Made by a program: the position numbers and the translations under genes
Shown here: piece by piece, positions 10,468 through 20,310 of the stretch
Position numbering within the stretch: the first letter of the stretch is position 1
Layout: the number at the start of each line of letters is the position of its first letter
Assembly: GCF_000014265.1 (NCBI RefSeq)
Contig: NC_008312.1
Location: 750,001 to 782,000, forward strand
Source: Trichodesmium erythraeum IMS101
GTDB lineage: Bacteria > Cyanobacteriota > Cyanobacteriia > Cyanobacteriales > Microcoleaceae
DNA length: 32,000 nucleotides
Reading direction: 5' to 3'
Notes under the pieces: generated by a model
What the model saw: only the letters and a program-made list of their open reading frames with translations
What the model was told of the DNA's origin: nothing
Database searches by the model: none

Positions 10468-10505
10468 ATATCTAAATACTTTCCTAATATCTAAATACTT
10501 TCCTA
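10468..10505. repeat. Perfect 2 x 19-nt tandem duplication
   Basis: atatctaaatactttccta occurs at 10468-10486 and again at 10487-10505, in the convergent spacer between pheA and the giant gene. Confidence 0.9.
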
Positions 10506-10872
10506 TTTTATATTTTTTTTTAAAATCAATGCTTCGGTTTATTTAGTTGTTATCCTATATCTCTATATACCCATTAATATATTATACCACTTTAAAAAGA
10601 AGAATGCATTTTATGGTCGTGTATTTTGATAAAAGTAGCTGAAAAATATCAAGCACTGTGGCAATTTATTTGAGACAGGTACATCGAGCATTTTTCGCTT
10701 TTTTCCAAAATTTACTAAAATCTCGCTCTTTCTTCTAGCCTCGAAACTAGGGAGGTTCTACATAAGGTCTCTACAATTTGGAATAAATATTTATTATGTT
10801 TTTTAGCGCCAGGATATATAGCAAAAATTCCTGATATTTAGTATTACTATTTCTTCTTTTTTACTAACTAAT

Positions 10873-13800
10873 TTAGATTATATTTTGCAGCGTAACTAGC
10901 AGACGTTGAATTTGTTTTTCCCAAGTTAAATCTTGCATAAAATTCACAGCAGCATTACTCTTAAGTTTAGCATTTTTTGGATCTGAATATACTTTTTCTA
11001 ACATTTCAACTACTTCTTCAACATCAGATTCCCCCCAACCTTCTACACCTGGAAAAAGAGGGGTAGGTTTGACAGATTTTTGACAACGTAGTGGATAACA
11101 ATGAGAGTCATTAATAATATCTAAATGCCCGGTATTAGCAGAAATAATTGTTGGAATACCACAGGCAAGACTTTCCATTGCTACGAGATTTGTACCCCCT
11201 TCACAACGATTTGTAAATACAGCAACATCAGCTTCTCGTAATATTTGTCCAACCATATAATTGGGAATAATACCGACATCAATAACTGCACTGCTAGGAA
11301 TATCATTTTCTAGCAACCATTGAGTAATTTGTAAATGTTTATTTGGACTAATTTTAGGTAGTCCAACAACATTTCCAGTTTGCTCAATTCCTGCCATAAA
11401 TTGAGGCCAAAAATTATGCCAAGCTGTAATTAATAGTGCTTCTGGATGACGTTTTTGGAAAATTTTAAAAGCTGCTATAACAATATCTTGACCTTTGCGA
11501 TATTCTAGTTTTCCACCAGAAAAAATAACAAAGCGATCGCTAAAAGTATTAGATTTAGGTGCTGGATGAAAAATGGTTTGATCGATACCTTGTAAAACTT
11601 TTTGTAGAGGTTTTATACCATTACTTTCTAAAACATTAGTATTCCAAGTAGAACCTGTAATAATCAAATTGTATGCTTGGGCACGATTTATTTGTTCTGA
11701 AGTAAATTTAGTATTTTCTGAGAAAATAATTCCAATATTTTGGGTGCCTATAAGATTGTTACTAATAGAAAAATTACTATTTAATGCTTGTAATATTGGC
11801 AAGTTTACTTGCAATTTTTTACCTTGTTGATTCTTGAGTTGATTTTGCAAATTTTTTTGCTCATTAAAAGCTGGATTTAGTAAAGCTTGATGGAGAGGGT
11901 TTAAGGTTCCAGGTTGAATGGAAGGAGGTGTTAATAGTAGGGGTTTATATCCTGGGGTTTGAAGTAGTTGGAGAGTAAGATTAATGCCATAAATACCCCA
12001 GCCAGTATGATGGTTTAACGGCCAGTTAATAGCAATTATTTTGATGATTTCCGAAGTAGATTTTTTTGAATGTTCGGGTTCTTTGATATTACTATTAGTT
12101 GCTGGAATTAAACCTTGAGTTTGTAGATTTTTGGGAGAATTTATGAAGGTAGACGAAGGCGTGTTTTTTGGTAGTTTACTAGATTTATATTGTGCTAAAG
12201 CTTTTTGAATGGCTTCTTCTGGCAATTTAATAGCCGTTCTTTCAGAAATTTTATTGGTTGGAGAATTATGTTCTAGTAAATTTTCTAAGCTCTCTTTAAC
12301 TTGCTTCAATACACTATTCCAATATCCTATTTTTGCCTGTCTAAATAATCTCATTGTCGGATACCAAGGACTATCTTTGCGGTCTGTTAACCACCGCCAG
12401 TCAGAATCAAAATTTAACATTACCCAAACAGGTTTACCTAATGCTCCTGCTAAGTGAGCAATAACTGTATCTATTGTAATTACTAAATCTAATTGTTTTA
12501 TGACTGCTGCTGTATCAGTTAGGTCATTAAAAGATGAGCTTAAATTATGTATTTGAGTTTGAGATTTTAACCATTCATTATCTGCGACTGAGACTTCTTT
12601 TTGTAAAATATAAAAGTTAACTGTATCTATATTGATAATTTCTTCTAAATATTCAACCGGACAAGAGCGTCTTTGACTAGTTTTAATAGTACTACTTGTT
12701 TGCCAACATATTCCTACTTTGAGATTGTTTTCTGGAGCAAGTGGAATGGGAAAGTCGATTGATTTTGGTACAGATAAATAAGGAATTTCAGTAGGTATAG
12801 TTTCTAGAGTAGTTTGGAAAATTCGAGGTAGGCTCATCAATGGAATTTGCAGGTCAAAATCTGGCAATTTTTCACCTTTAACAAATAATTCATCTATTTC
12901 TGAAACTGTAGTAAATAATAATTTTAATCCAGCTTGATTACATTCAACAATTACACGGCCTCCTAATTTTTTTACCAGAGGAATATAGCGGATAAATTGA
13001 ATAGAATCTCCTAAACCTTGTTCTGTATAAATGAATAAAGTTTTTCCTGGAAAATTTGAGCCATCCCATACAGGTTGACCAAAACTACGAGTTTCATAAT
13101 CTTGACGTTTGCACCGCCATTCATATTCAGAAAATCCTTGAATAAAATCTCCCTGTTTTAGAAAAATTAAGCTGAAACCAAAGTGAGCATCAATATAATT
13201 CGGTCTGATACTCAGAGCTTTTTGATAGCAACGAATTGATTCTGTAATTTCACCTTTACCTTTAAATATTTGCCCTAAATTATGCCAAGCTTCAGCATAA
13301 TTTGGTTTCCTAGAGAGCGCTTTTTGATTATGAATAATTGCTGCATTAAATTTATGCTGATTTTTCAGAGCAATAGCTAGATTAAGATATGTTTGTTCAT
13401 TATTCGGATTTAAGCTAATTGCTTTTTGACAATAAGTAATAACTAGATTAGTTTTATCTGTTTTTTGGGCACATAAACCAAGTATTTCAAAAGCACCAGC
13501 AACATCCGGTTTATCTTGAATAATTAGATGGCATATCTGCTCTGCTTCTTCAAAGTTTCCAGCTTTATATTTTTCTAAAGCAGTTTGGAGTAATTTACTA
13601 TAATTATTGACTGTTTTTTTGAGCTTATTAGATGTGTATTTTCCTAGAGCTTTCTTGACTCCAGATTCTGGTAATTTGAGACTTATAATTCTGGATTTTT
13701 TTTCGACATGGGCAGCATTTTCTACTAAATCTATTAGACTATTTTTAATTTGTTTAATTATACTATGCCAATCTCCTATTTTTGCCTGTCTAAATAATCT

Positions 13801-16800
13801 CATTGTCGGATACCAAGGACTATCTTCCCGGTCTGTTAACCAGCGCCAGTTAGAATCAAAATTTAACATTACCCAAACAGATTTACCTAATGCTCCTGCT
13901 AAGTGAGCAATAACTGTATCTATTGTAATTACTAAATCTAATTGTTTTATAGCTGCTGCTGTATCAGCTAGGTCATTAAAAGATGAACTTAAATTATGTA
14001 TTTTAGTTTGAGATTTCAGCCATTCATTATCTGCGACTGATACTTCTTTTTGCAAAATATAAAAGTTGACTGTATCTATATTGATAATTTCTTCTAAATA
14101 TTCAACTGGACAAGAACGTCTTTGACTGGTTTCGGTGGTACTACTTGTTTGCCAACATATTCCTAATTTAAGATTGTTTTCTGGAGCAAGTGGAATAGGA
14201 AAGTCAATTGATTTTGGTACAGATAAGTAGGGAATTTCAGTAGGTATAGTTTCCGGGGTAGTTTGTAAAATTCGAGGTAGACTCATCAATGGAATTTGGA
14301 GGTCAAAATCTGGTAATTTTTCACCTTTAATAAATAATTCGTCTATTTCTGAAACCGTGGTAAATAATAATTTTAATCCGGCTTGATTACATTCAACAAT
14401 TACACGGCCTCCTAATTTTTTCACCAAAGGAATATAGCGGATAAATTGAATAGAATCTCCTAAACCTTGTTCTGTATAAACTAATAAGGTTTGACCCGGA
14501 AAATTAGAACCATCCCACACAGGTTGAGATAAATTACGACCGATAAAACCTTGAGTTTTCCACCGCCATTCATATTTAGAAAAACCGGGGATAAAATTTC
14601 CCTGTTTAAGTAAAGCGTTTGCTAAACCAAAATGAGCATTTACATGATTTGTGTTTAGTTCAATAGCTTGTTCATAATATTTTTTAATAGCTTGTTCATA
14701 ATATTTTTGAGATTCAGCAAGTTTTCCTAATTGGAAAAAAATATAGCCTAAGGAATGATTTGCCTCAATATAATCTGGATTTAGCTCAAGAGATTTTTGA
14801 CAATATTCAATTGCCAACTCAAATTGACCTTGTTTTTGCAAAATATTCCCTAGTCTACACCATGCTTCGGCATGATTAGGGTGAATTTCAATTGCCTTTT
14901 GATAATAGGTATTCGCCTTTGGTAAGTTTCCATTTTTTTCCCACACAAAGCCTAAATTAATATTGATCCATGAGCTGTTAGGATTAATTTTTCTAGACTT
15001 TTTATAGTTAATAATTGCTAAATCAATTTGACCTTTTTGTAAAAAAATCCATCCTAAACTTGAGTAGTTACTACTATTATTCGGTTCCAGTTCAATAGCT
15101 TTTTGATAATGAGCGATCGCCTCTTCTAAACGACCTTCTTTTTTCATTAGTTTGGCTAAGTTTGAATAAGCTTTAGTGAAGCCAGGATTCAAATTAATAA
15201 CTTGATTCAAAAGCTGAATTGCTATGTCATTTCTACCTGCTAAATTTTCTAGTACAGCTAATAAATTGAGTACCTGAAAATCTTGAGGTTTTTCTTCAAG
15301 TATTAGACGGCATATTCTTTCTGCTTCTACTAAATTATTTTGTTGATAATATTGATATGCATTCTCAAAATTTGCTGGTAAATCTGGTAAATTTTTCTGA
15401 GATTCTATAAATTCCATTAATGCTTCTTTTACCTCAATAAGTACACTATTCCAATCTCCTCTTTTTGGCTGTCTAAATAATCGTGCTGTGGGATACCAAG
15501 GACTATCATTTCTATCTAACATCCATCGCCAGTCAGGTACAAAAGGTAATAATATCCACACAGGTTTACCTAATGTTCCTGCTAAATGTGCTACTGCTGT
15601 ATCAACAGTAATTACTAAGTCAAGTTTAGTAATAATTCCAGCAGTATCAGCAAAGTCATTTAGCTGACTACTTAAATCTAATATAGGCAATGTTTTTAAT
15701 AATTTAAGATCTACTCCAGGTTCTTTTTGCAGACTATAAAAACTTACTCCTGCTACGTCTAAAAGATACTGAAAATTCATTAATTTACAAGAGCGTTTAA
15801 CAGCAGTTGGACTGTCCTGGTTTGTCATCCAAACAATACCAACTTTCAAGTAATTTCTTTCTGGAGATTCTAATTTTATCGACGGAATTTCAGGTATGTT
15901 TAAATTTTTAATTGGTGGAGGAATATTGTCTAAAGTAGTACCAAAAATACGAGGCAATTCTAACAATGGTGCATTAACATCAAAAGTCAAATTTACTATT
16001 TCTTCTAAACATTGCTCAATTTCAGGAATTTTTTCGAGCAATCTAACTAAAGGTTTTTGACAAGCTAGAGTTATGCGCGCTCCCTGTTTTTTAACCAATG
16101 GAATATAACGGATAAATTGAATTGTATCGCCATATCCTTGTTCGGCATAAATAAGGATTTTTTTACCTTCTAAGTTCGACCCATCCCAAAGCTTTTCTGG
16201 CTGTATTAAAAATAGAGCTTTACTAGCTTGCCAACGCCAATTATATTCTTGGAACCCTAACTTTAAATCTCCAAGAAGTAGCCAAACTAAGCTTAAATTT
16301 AGATGTACTTCAGGAAAATTTGGTTCTAGTTCAAGAGCTTTTTGATAAGAGGCAATACTGGCAGTGAAATTTCCTTCTTCCTCAAAAGTAACTCCCAAAC
16401 TATTGTGTGTCATTGCATAATCTGGATTTAGCTCAAGGGATTTTCTAAAATATTCAATTGCTAACTCAATTTGACCTTGTTTTCGCAAAACAACCCCTAA
16501 ATTGCACCATGCTTCGGCATAATTAGGGTTAATTTCAAGGGCCTGTTGATAATAGTTACTTGCCTTTGATAAGTTCCCCTTTTCTTGAAAGACAAATCCT
16601 AAATTATTGTATGCCTGAGCATAATCTGGATTTAGCTCAAGGGATTTTCTAAAATATTCAATTGCTAACTCAATTTGACCTTGTTTTAGCAAAATAACCC
16701 CTAAATTGCACCATGCTTCGGCATAATTAGGGTTAATTTCAAGGGCCTGTTGATAATAGTTACTTGCCTTTGATAAGTTCCCCTTTTCTTGAAATATTAA

Positions 16801-19800
16801 TCCTAAATTATTGTGTGCCTGAGCATAATCTGGCTGTAAATTAATTGCTTTTTGATAATAGGTGCTTGCCTTTGATAAGTCTCCCTTTTCTGCCCAAGCA
16901 AAGCCTAAATTGAAGTTTCCTTGTGAGTTATTAGGATTAATTTCTATAGACTTTTCAGAGTTAATAATTGCTGACTCAATTTGACCTTTTTCTAAAAAAA
17001 TAAATCCTAAATTTGAATAGTTACTACTATTATTTGGTTCCAGAGAAATAGCTTTTTGATAATGAGCGATCGCCTCTTCTAAACGACCTTCTTTTTTCAT
17101 TAGTTTGGCTAAGTTTGAATAAGCTTCAGTGAAGCCAGGATACAGATTAATAACTTGATTCAAAAGCTGAATTGCTATGTCATTTCTACCTGCTAAATTT
17201 TCTAGTACAGCTAATAAATGAAGTACCTGAAAATCTTGAGGTTTTTCTTCAAGTATTAGACGGCATATTCTTTCTGCTTCTACTAAATTATTTTGTTGAT
17301 AATATTGATATGCATTCTCAAAATTTGCTGGTAAATCTGGTAAATTTTTCTGAGATTCTATAAATTCCATTAATGCTTCTTTTACCTCAATAAGTACACT
17401 ATTCCAATCTCCTATTTTTGGCTGCCTAAATAATCTCATTGTTGGATACCAAGGACTATCTTTGCGGTCTGTCAACCAGCGCCAGTCAGAATCAAAATTT
17501 AACATTACCCAAACAGGTTTACCTAATGCTCCTGCTAAGTGAGCAATAACTGTATCTATTGTAATTACTAAATCTAATTGTTCTATAGCTGCTGCAGTAT
17601 CAGTTAGGTCATTAAAAGATGAACCTAAATTATGTATTTTAGTTTGACATTTCAGCCATTCATTATCTGCTACTGATACCTCCTTTTGTAAAGCATAAAA
17701 GTTGACTGTATCTATATTAATAATTTCTTCTAAATATTCAACTGAGCAAGAACGTACTTGACCGGTTTCATTGGTACTACTTGTTTGCCAGAATATTCCT
17801 ACTTTAAGATTATTTTCTGGAGAAAGTGGAATGGGAAAATTGATTGACTTTGGTACAGATAAATAAGGAATTTCTCCAGGTATAGTTTCTAGGGTAGTTT
17901 GGAAAATTCGAGGTAAACTCATCAATGAAATTTGAAAGTCAAAATCTGGTAATTTTTCACCTTCAACAAATAACTCATCTATTTCTAAAACCGTAGTAAA
18001 TAATAATTTTAATCCTGGTTGATTACATTCAACAATTACACGACCTCCTAATTTTTTTGCCAAAGGAATATACCGGATAAATTGAATAGAATCTCCTAAA
18101 CCTTGTTCTGTATAAATTAATAAAGTTTTCTCAGCAAAATTAGACCCATCCCATGTAGATTTTGCAAAACTACGAGTTATATAATCTTGACGTTGACAGC
18201 GCCATTCATATTCAGAAAATCCTACTAACAAATCTCCTTGTTTAAGAATAATAAATCCTCTAGCAAAGTGAGCATTGATATGATTAGGATTTAACTCAAT
18301 ACATTTTTCATAAAGAACTTTTGCTTCTGTTAAATTACCCTGTTGTTTCAGAATATTAGCCCAAGAGTAATAAATATAAGTATTATTTGGTTGAATCTCT
18401 AGAGATTTTTGATAACAACAAATTGCTTCTGGAATATTGCCTTGAATCTTAAATATTACACCTAAATTATGCCAACCAGAAGCCTCATTTGGTTTCAGTT
18501 CAATTGCTCTTTGATTATGAACTATTGCCTCGTCTAGTTTTTGTTGTTTTTTCAGAACAATAGCTAACCCTAAATGAGTTTTATAATTATTAGGGTTGAG
18601 GTTAATTGCTTTCTGATAGTAAACAATTGCTAAATCAATTTTGTCCGTTTTTTTTGCACACAGAGCAAGTATCTCAAATGCACTAGTACAATTGGGTTGC
18701 TTTTGAATAATAAAGTGACATATTTCCTCTGCTTCTTTCCAGTTTTCTACCTGATATTTTTCTAAAGCTATTGTCAGTAAGTCCTGAGTTGTAACTGATA
18801 ATCCTGGTTTAATTATTGATGGATAATCTGTCTTTTCATATTTATAAAAAGTCAGTAATTTAGAATATAAAGCACCAAAAACTTCTTGAGAAACTCCTTG
18901 CCAATCTCCCATTTTTTTCTGTCTAAATAATCTCATTGTTGGATACCAAGGACTATCTTCACGGTCTATTAACCAACGCCAATCAGAATCAAAATTTAAC
19001 ATTACCCAAACAGGTTTACCTAATGCTCCCGCTAAGTGAGCAATAACTGTATCTATTGTAATTACTAAATCTAATTCTTTTATGACTGCTGCTGTATCAG
19101 CTAGGTCATTAAAAGATGAACTTAAATTATGTATTTTTGTTTGAGAATTCAGCCATTCCAAATCTTCAGGAGAAACTTTTTTTTGTAAAATATAAAACTT
19201 AGCGTTATCTACATTTAAAATAGATTGTAAATCTTTAACAGAACAAGAACGTTTTTTGCTAGTCTTGGTTTGGCTATCTGTTTTCCAGGCTATACCGATT
19301 TTGAAACTATTGACAGTTTCTAAAAATTGATTTTTTTTTGATTCTGGTACAAATAAATAAGGAATTTCAGTAGGTATATTCTCTAGGTTAGTACCAAAAA
19401 TTCGAGGTATGCTCATTAATGGAATTTGTAGGTCAAAATCTGGGAATTTTTTACCGATAACAAACAATTCATCTATTTCTGAAACCGTAGTAAATAATAA
19501 TTTTAATCCATCTTTATTACATCCAACAATTACACGGCCTCCTAATTTTTTTACCAAAGGAATATAACGTATAAATTGAATAGAATCTCCTAAACCTTGT
19601 TCGGTATAAACTAATAAAGTTTTCCCTGGAAATTTTGATCCATCCCATACAGGTTGAGAAAAGCTATGATTTATATAATCTTGACGTTTACAGCGCCATT
19701 CATATTCAGAAAAACCTTGCATCAAACTTCCCTGTTTAAGCAAAACAGCAGCTAAACCAAAGTGAGCATTGAGATAATTTTTATCTAGTTTAAGAGCTTC

Positions 19801-20310
19801 TTGATAATACTTTTGTGATTCCGAAAGTTTTCCCAGCTCTAAAGATATAGTACCTAAACTATGATATACTTCAGCATTATTTGGTTTAATTTCAAGAGAT
19901 TTTTGATAATGCTCAATAGCTGCCTCAAATTGGCCTTTATCTCGCAAAATAAGTCCTAAGTTATGCCATGCCTCAGCATAATTAGGACACAATTTAATAG
20001 CGATTTTACAGTGACGAAGGGCAGCATCAATTTGCTGATTATCTTGAAGTGCAACAGCCAAATTATTATGAGTTTCTGCATAATTATAATTAACTTTTAA
20101 AGATTTTTGATAATAAGCGATCGCCTGTTCTATTTGATTGTTTTTATAAGCACATAACCCTAAAAGTTCTAAAACTAAAAAATTATTCGGTTGTCTTTTT
20201 ATAATCTTATGACAAATGTTTATTGTCTCTTCCCAGTTTCCAGATTGATATTTTTTAAAGGCTTGTTTAATTTCACCATCATCAAATTTGATGTCCATAG
20301 GCTTTGACAT
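10873..20310 (-). CDS. Giant multidomain protein: five tandem [TPR array + GT9-like (heptosyltransferase-fold) glycosyltransferase] modules plus a C-terminal GT4 (group 1) glycosyltransferase domain
   Basis: Uninterrupted 3,155-codon frame. The track start is TTG at 20340, and I used the first ATG at 20310 (MSKPMDIKF). Each module has 34-aa TPR-type repeats followed by ~300 aa with GT9-like signatures: EQG(L/Y)GD(S/T)IQFIRYIPL at the start of the domain, and DLVIT(I/V)DT(V/A)(I/V)AHLAG(A/T)LGK(P/S)VW(V/I)(M/L)L...(D/N)WRW...DSPWYPT(M/A)RLFRQ at its end. Numbering from the TTG, the RLFRQ-type module ends fall at aa 469-474, 968-973, 1619-1624, 2180-2185 and 2663-2668. The last ~390 aa (nt 10873-12048) look like a GT-B/GT4 domain with EGGTNLVAMESLACGIP (E-x7-E). 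I recognised no signal peptide or TM segment. Confidence 0.85.
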   Translation of the reverse strand: MSKPMDIKFDDGEIKQAFKKYQSGNWEETINICHKIIKRQPNNFLVLELLGLCAYKNNQIEQAIAYYQKSLKVNYNYAETHNNLAVALQDNQQIDAALRHCKIAIKLCPNYAEAWHNLGLILRDKGQFEAAIEHYQKSLEIKPNNAEVYHSLGTISLELGKLSESQKYYQEALKLDKNYLNAHFGLAAVLLKQGSLMQGFSEYEWRCKRQDYINHSFSQPVWDGSKFPGKTLLVYTEQGLGDSIQFIRYIPLVKKLGGRVIVGCNKDGLKLLFTTVSEIDELFVIGKKFPDFDLQIPLMSIPRIFGTNLENIPTEIPYLFVPESKKNQFLETVNSFKIGIAWKTDSQTKTSKKRSCSVKDLQSILNVDNAKFYILQKKVSPEDLEWLNSQTKIHNLSSSFNDLADTAAVIKELDLVITIDTVIAHLAGALGKPVWVMLNFDSDWRWLIDREDSPWYPTMRLFRQKKMGDWQGVSQEVFGALYSKLLTFYKYEKTDYPSIIKPGLSVTTQDLLTIALEKYQVENWKEAEEICHFIIQKQPNCTSAFEILALCAKKTDKIDLAIVYYQKAINLNPNNYKTHLGLAIVLKKQQKLDEAIVHNQRAIELKPNEASGWHNLGVIFKIQGNIPEAICCYQKSLEIQPNNTYIYYSWANILKQQGNLTEAKVLYEKCIELNPNHINAHFARGFIILKQGDLLVGFSEYEWRCQRQDYITRSFAKSTWDGSNFAEKTLLIYTEQGLGDSIQFIRYIPLAKKLGGRVIVECNQPGLKLLFTTVLEIDELFVEGEKLPDFDFQISLMSLPRIFQTTLETIPGEIPYLSVPKSINFPIPLSPENNLKVGIFWQTSSTNETGQVRSCSVEYLEEIINIDTVNFYALQKEVSVADNEWLKCQTKIHNLGSSFNDLTDTAAAIEQLDLVITIDTVIAHLAGALGKPVWVMLNFDSDWRWLTDRKDSPWYPTMRLFRQPKIGDWNSVLIEVKEALMEFIESQKNLPDLPANFENAYQYYQQNNLVEAERICRLILEEKPQDFQVLHLLAVLENLAGRNDIAIQLLNQVINLYPGFTEAYSNLAKLMKKEGRLEEAIAHYQKAISLEPNNSSNYSNLGFIFLEKGQIESAIINSEKSIEINPNNSQGNFNLGFAWAEKGDLSKASTYYQKAINLQPDYAQAHNNLGLIFQEKGNLSKASNYYQQALEINPNYAEAWCNLGVILLKQGQIELAIEYFRKSLELNPDYAQAYNNLGFVFQEKGNLSKASNYYQQALEINPNYAEAWCNLGVVLRKQGQIELAIEYFRKSLELNPDYAMTHNSLGVTFEEEGNFTASIASYQKALELEPNFPEVHLNLSLVWLLLGDLKLGFQEYNWRWQASKALFLIQPEKLWDGSNLEGKKILIYAEQGYGDTIQFIRYIPLVKKQGARITLACQKPLVRLLEKIPEIEQCLEEIVNLTFDVNAPLLELPRIFGTTLDNIPPPIKNLNIPEIPSIKLESPERNYLKVGIVWMTNQDSPTAVKRSCKLMNFQYLLDVAGVSFYSLQKEPGVDLKLLKTLPILDLSSQLNDFADTAGIITKLDLVITVDTAVAHLAGTLGKPVWILLPFVPDWRWMLDRNDSPWYPTARLFRQPKRGDWNSVLIEVKEALMEFIESQKNLPDLPANFENAYQYYQQNNLVEAERICRLILEEKPQDFQVLNLLAVLENLAGRNDIAIQLLNQVINLNPGFTKAYSNLAKLMKKEGRLEEAIAHYQKAIELEPNNSSNYSSLGWIFLQKGQIDLAIINYKKSRKINPNSSWININLGFVWEKNGNLPKANTYYQKAIEIHPNHAEAWCRLGNILQKQGQFELAIEYCQKSLELNPDYIEANHSLGYIFFQLGKLAESQKYYEQAIKKYYEQAIELNTNHVNAHFGLANALLKQGNFIPGFSKYEWRWKTQGFIGRNLSQPVWDGSNFPGQTLLVYTEQGLGDSIQFIRYIPLVKKLGGRVIVECNQAGLKLLFTTVSEIDELFIKGEKLPDFDLQIPLMSLPRILQTTPETIPTEIPYLSVPKSIDFPIPLAPENNLKLGICWQTSSTTETSQRRSCPVEYLEEIINIDTVNFYILQKEVSVADNEWLKSQTKIHNLSSSFNDLADTAAAIKQLDLVITIDTVIAHLAGALGKSVWVMLNFDSNWRWLTDREDSPWYPTMRLFRQAKIGDWHSIIKQIKNSLIDLVENAAHVEKKSRIISLKLPESGVKKALGKYTSNKLKKTVNNYSKLLQTALEKYKAGNFEEAEQICHLIIQDKPDVAGAFEILGLCAQKTDKTNLVITYCQKAISLNPNNEQTYLNLAIALKNQHKFNAAIIHNQKALSRKPNYAEAWHNLGQIFKGKGEITESIRCYQKALSIRPNYIDAHFGFSLIFLKQGDFIQGFSEYEWRCKRQDYETRSFGQPVWDGSNFPGKTLFIYTEQGLGDSIQFIRYIPLVKKLGGRVIVECNQAGLKLLFTTVSEIDELFVKGEKLPDFDLQIPLMSLPRIFQTTLETIPTEIPYLSVPKSIDFPIPLAPENNLKVGICWQTSSTIKTSQRRSCPVEYLEEIINIDTVNFYILQKEVSVADNEWLKSQTQIHNLSSSFNDLTDTAAVIKQLDLVITIDTVIAHLAGALGKPVWVMLNFDSDWRWLTDRKDSPWYPTMRLFRQAKIGYWNSVLKQVKESLENLLEHNSPTNKISERTAIKLPEEAIQKALAQYKSSKLPKNTPSSTFINSPKNLQTQGLIPATNSNIKEPEHSKKSTSEIIKIIAINWPLNHHTGWGIYGINLTLQLLQTPGYKPLLLTPPSIQPGTLNPLHQALLNPAFNEQKNLQNQLKNQQGKKLQVNLPILQALNSNFSISNNLIGTQNIGIIFSENTKFTSEQINRAQAYNLIITGSTWNTNVLESNGIKPLQKVLQGIDQTIFHPAPKSNTFSDRFVIFSGGKLEYRKGQDIVIAAFKIFQKRHPEALLITAWHNFWPQFMAGIEQTGNVVGLPKISPNKHLQITQWLLENDIPSSAVIDVGIIPNYMVGQILREADVAVFTNRCEGGTNLVAMESLACGIPTIISANTGHLDIINDSHCYPLRCQKSVKPTPLFPGVEGWGESDVEEVVEMLEKVYSDPKNAKLKSNAAVNFMQDLTWEKQIQRLLVTLQNII
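14662..14709. repeat. In-frame 2 x 24-nt tandem duplication inside the giant gene
   Basis: aatagcttgttcataatattttt(t/g) occurs twice with 23/24 identity. It encodes KYYEQAIK|KYYEQAIE in module 4. Confidence 0.9.
15065..15470. repeat. Copy A of a ~406-nt near-identical direct repeat inside the giant gene (partner at 17018-17423)
   Basis: Collinear with 17018-17423 at a constant offset of 1,953 nt (651 codons, in frame), with only scattered mismatches by eye. It encodes ...GDWNSVLIEVKEALMEFIESQKNLPDLPANFENAYQYYQQNNLVEAERICRLILEEKPQDFQVL... Confidence 0.9.
16417..16824. repeat. 2 x 204-nt near-perfect tandem repeat (68 aa, two TPRs) inside the giant gene
   Basis: 16417-16620 and 16621-16824 differ at only a few positions. 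They encode QEKGNLSKASNYYQQALEINPNYAEAWCNLGV(I/V)L(L/R)KQGQIELAIEYFRKSLELNPDYA twice. A partial third start follows (ataatctgg at 16825). Confidence 0.92.
17018..17423. repeat. Copy B of the ~406-nt direct repeat (partner at 15065-15470)
   Basis: See copy A. Together the two copies bracket exactly one module (module 3). Confidence 0.9.

Noticed and set aside
12209-17363. + strand ORFs inside the giant gene (12209..12457, 13607..13906, 17172..17363)
   Set aside because: They are antisense shadows. Two of them are near-copies of each other only because they lie in the repeated module ends.
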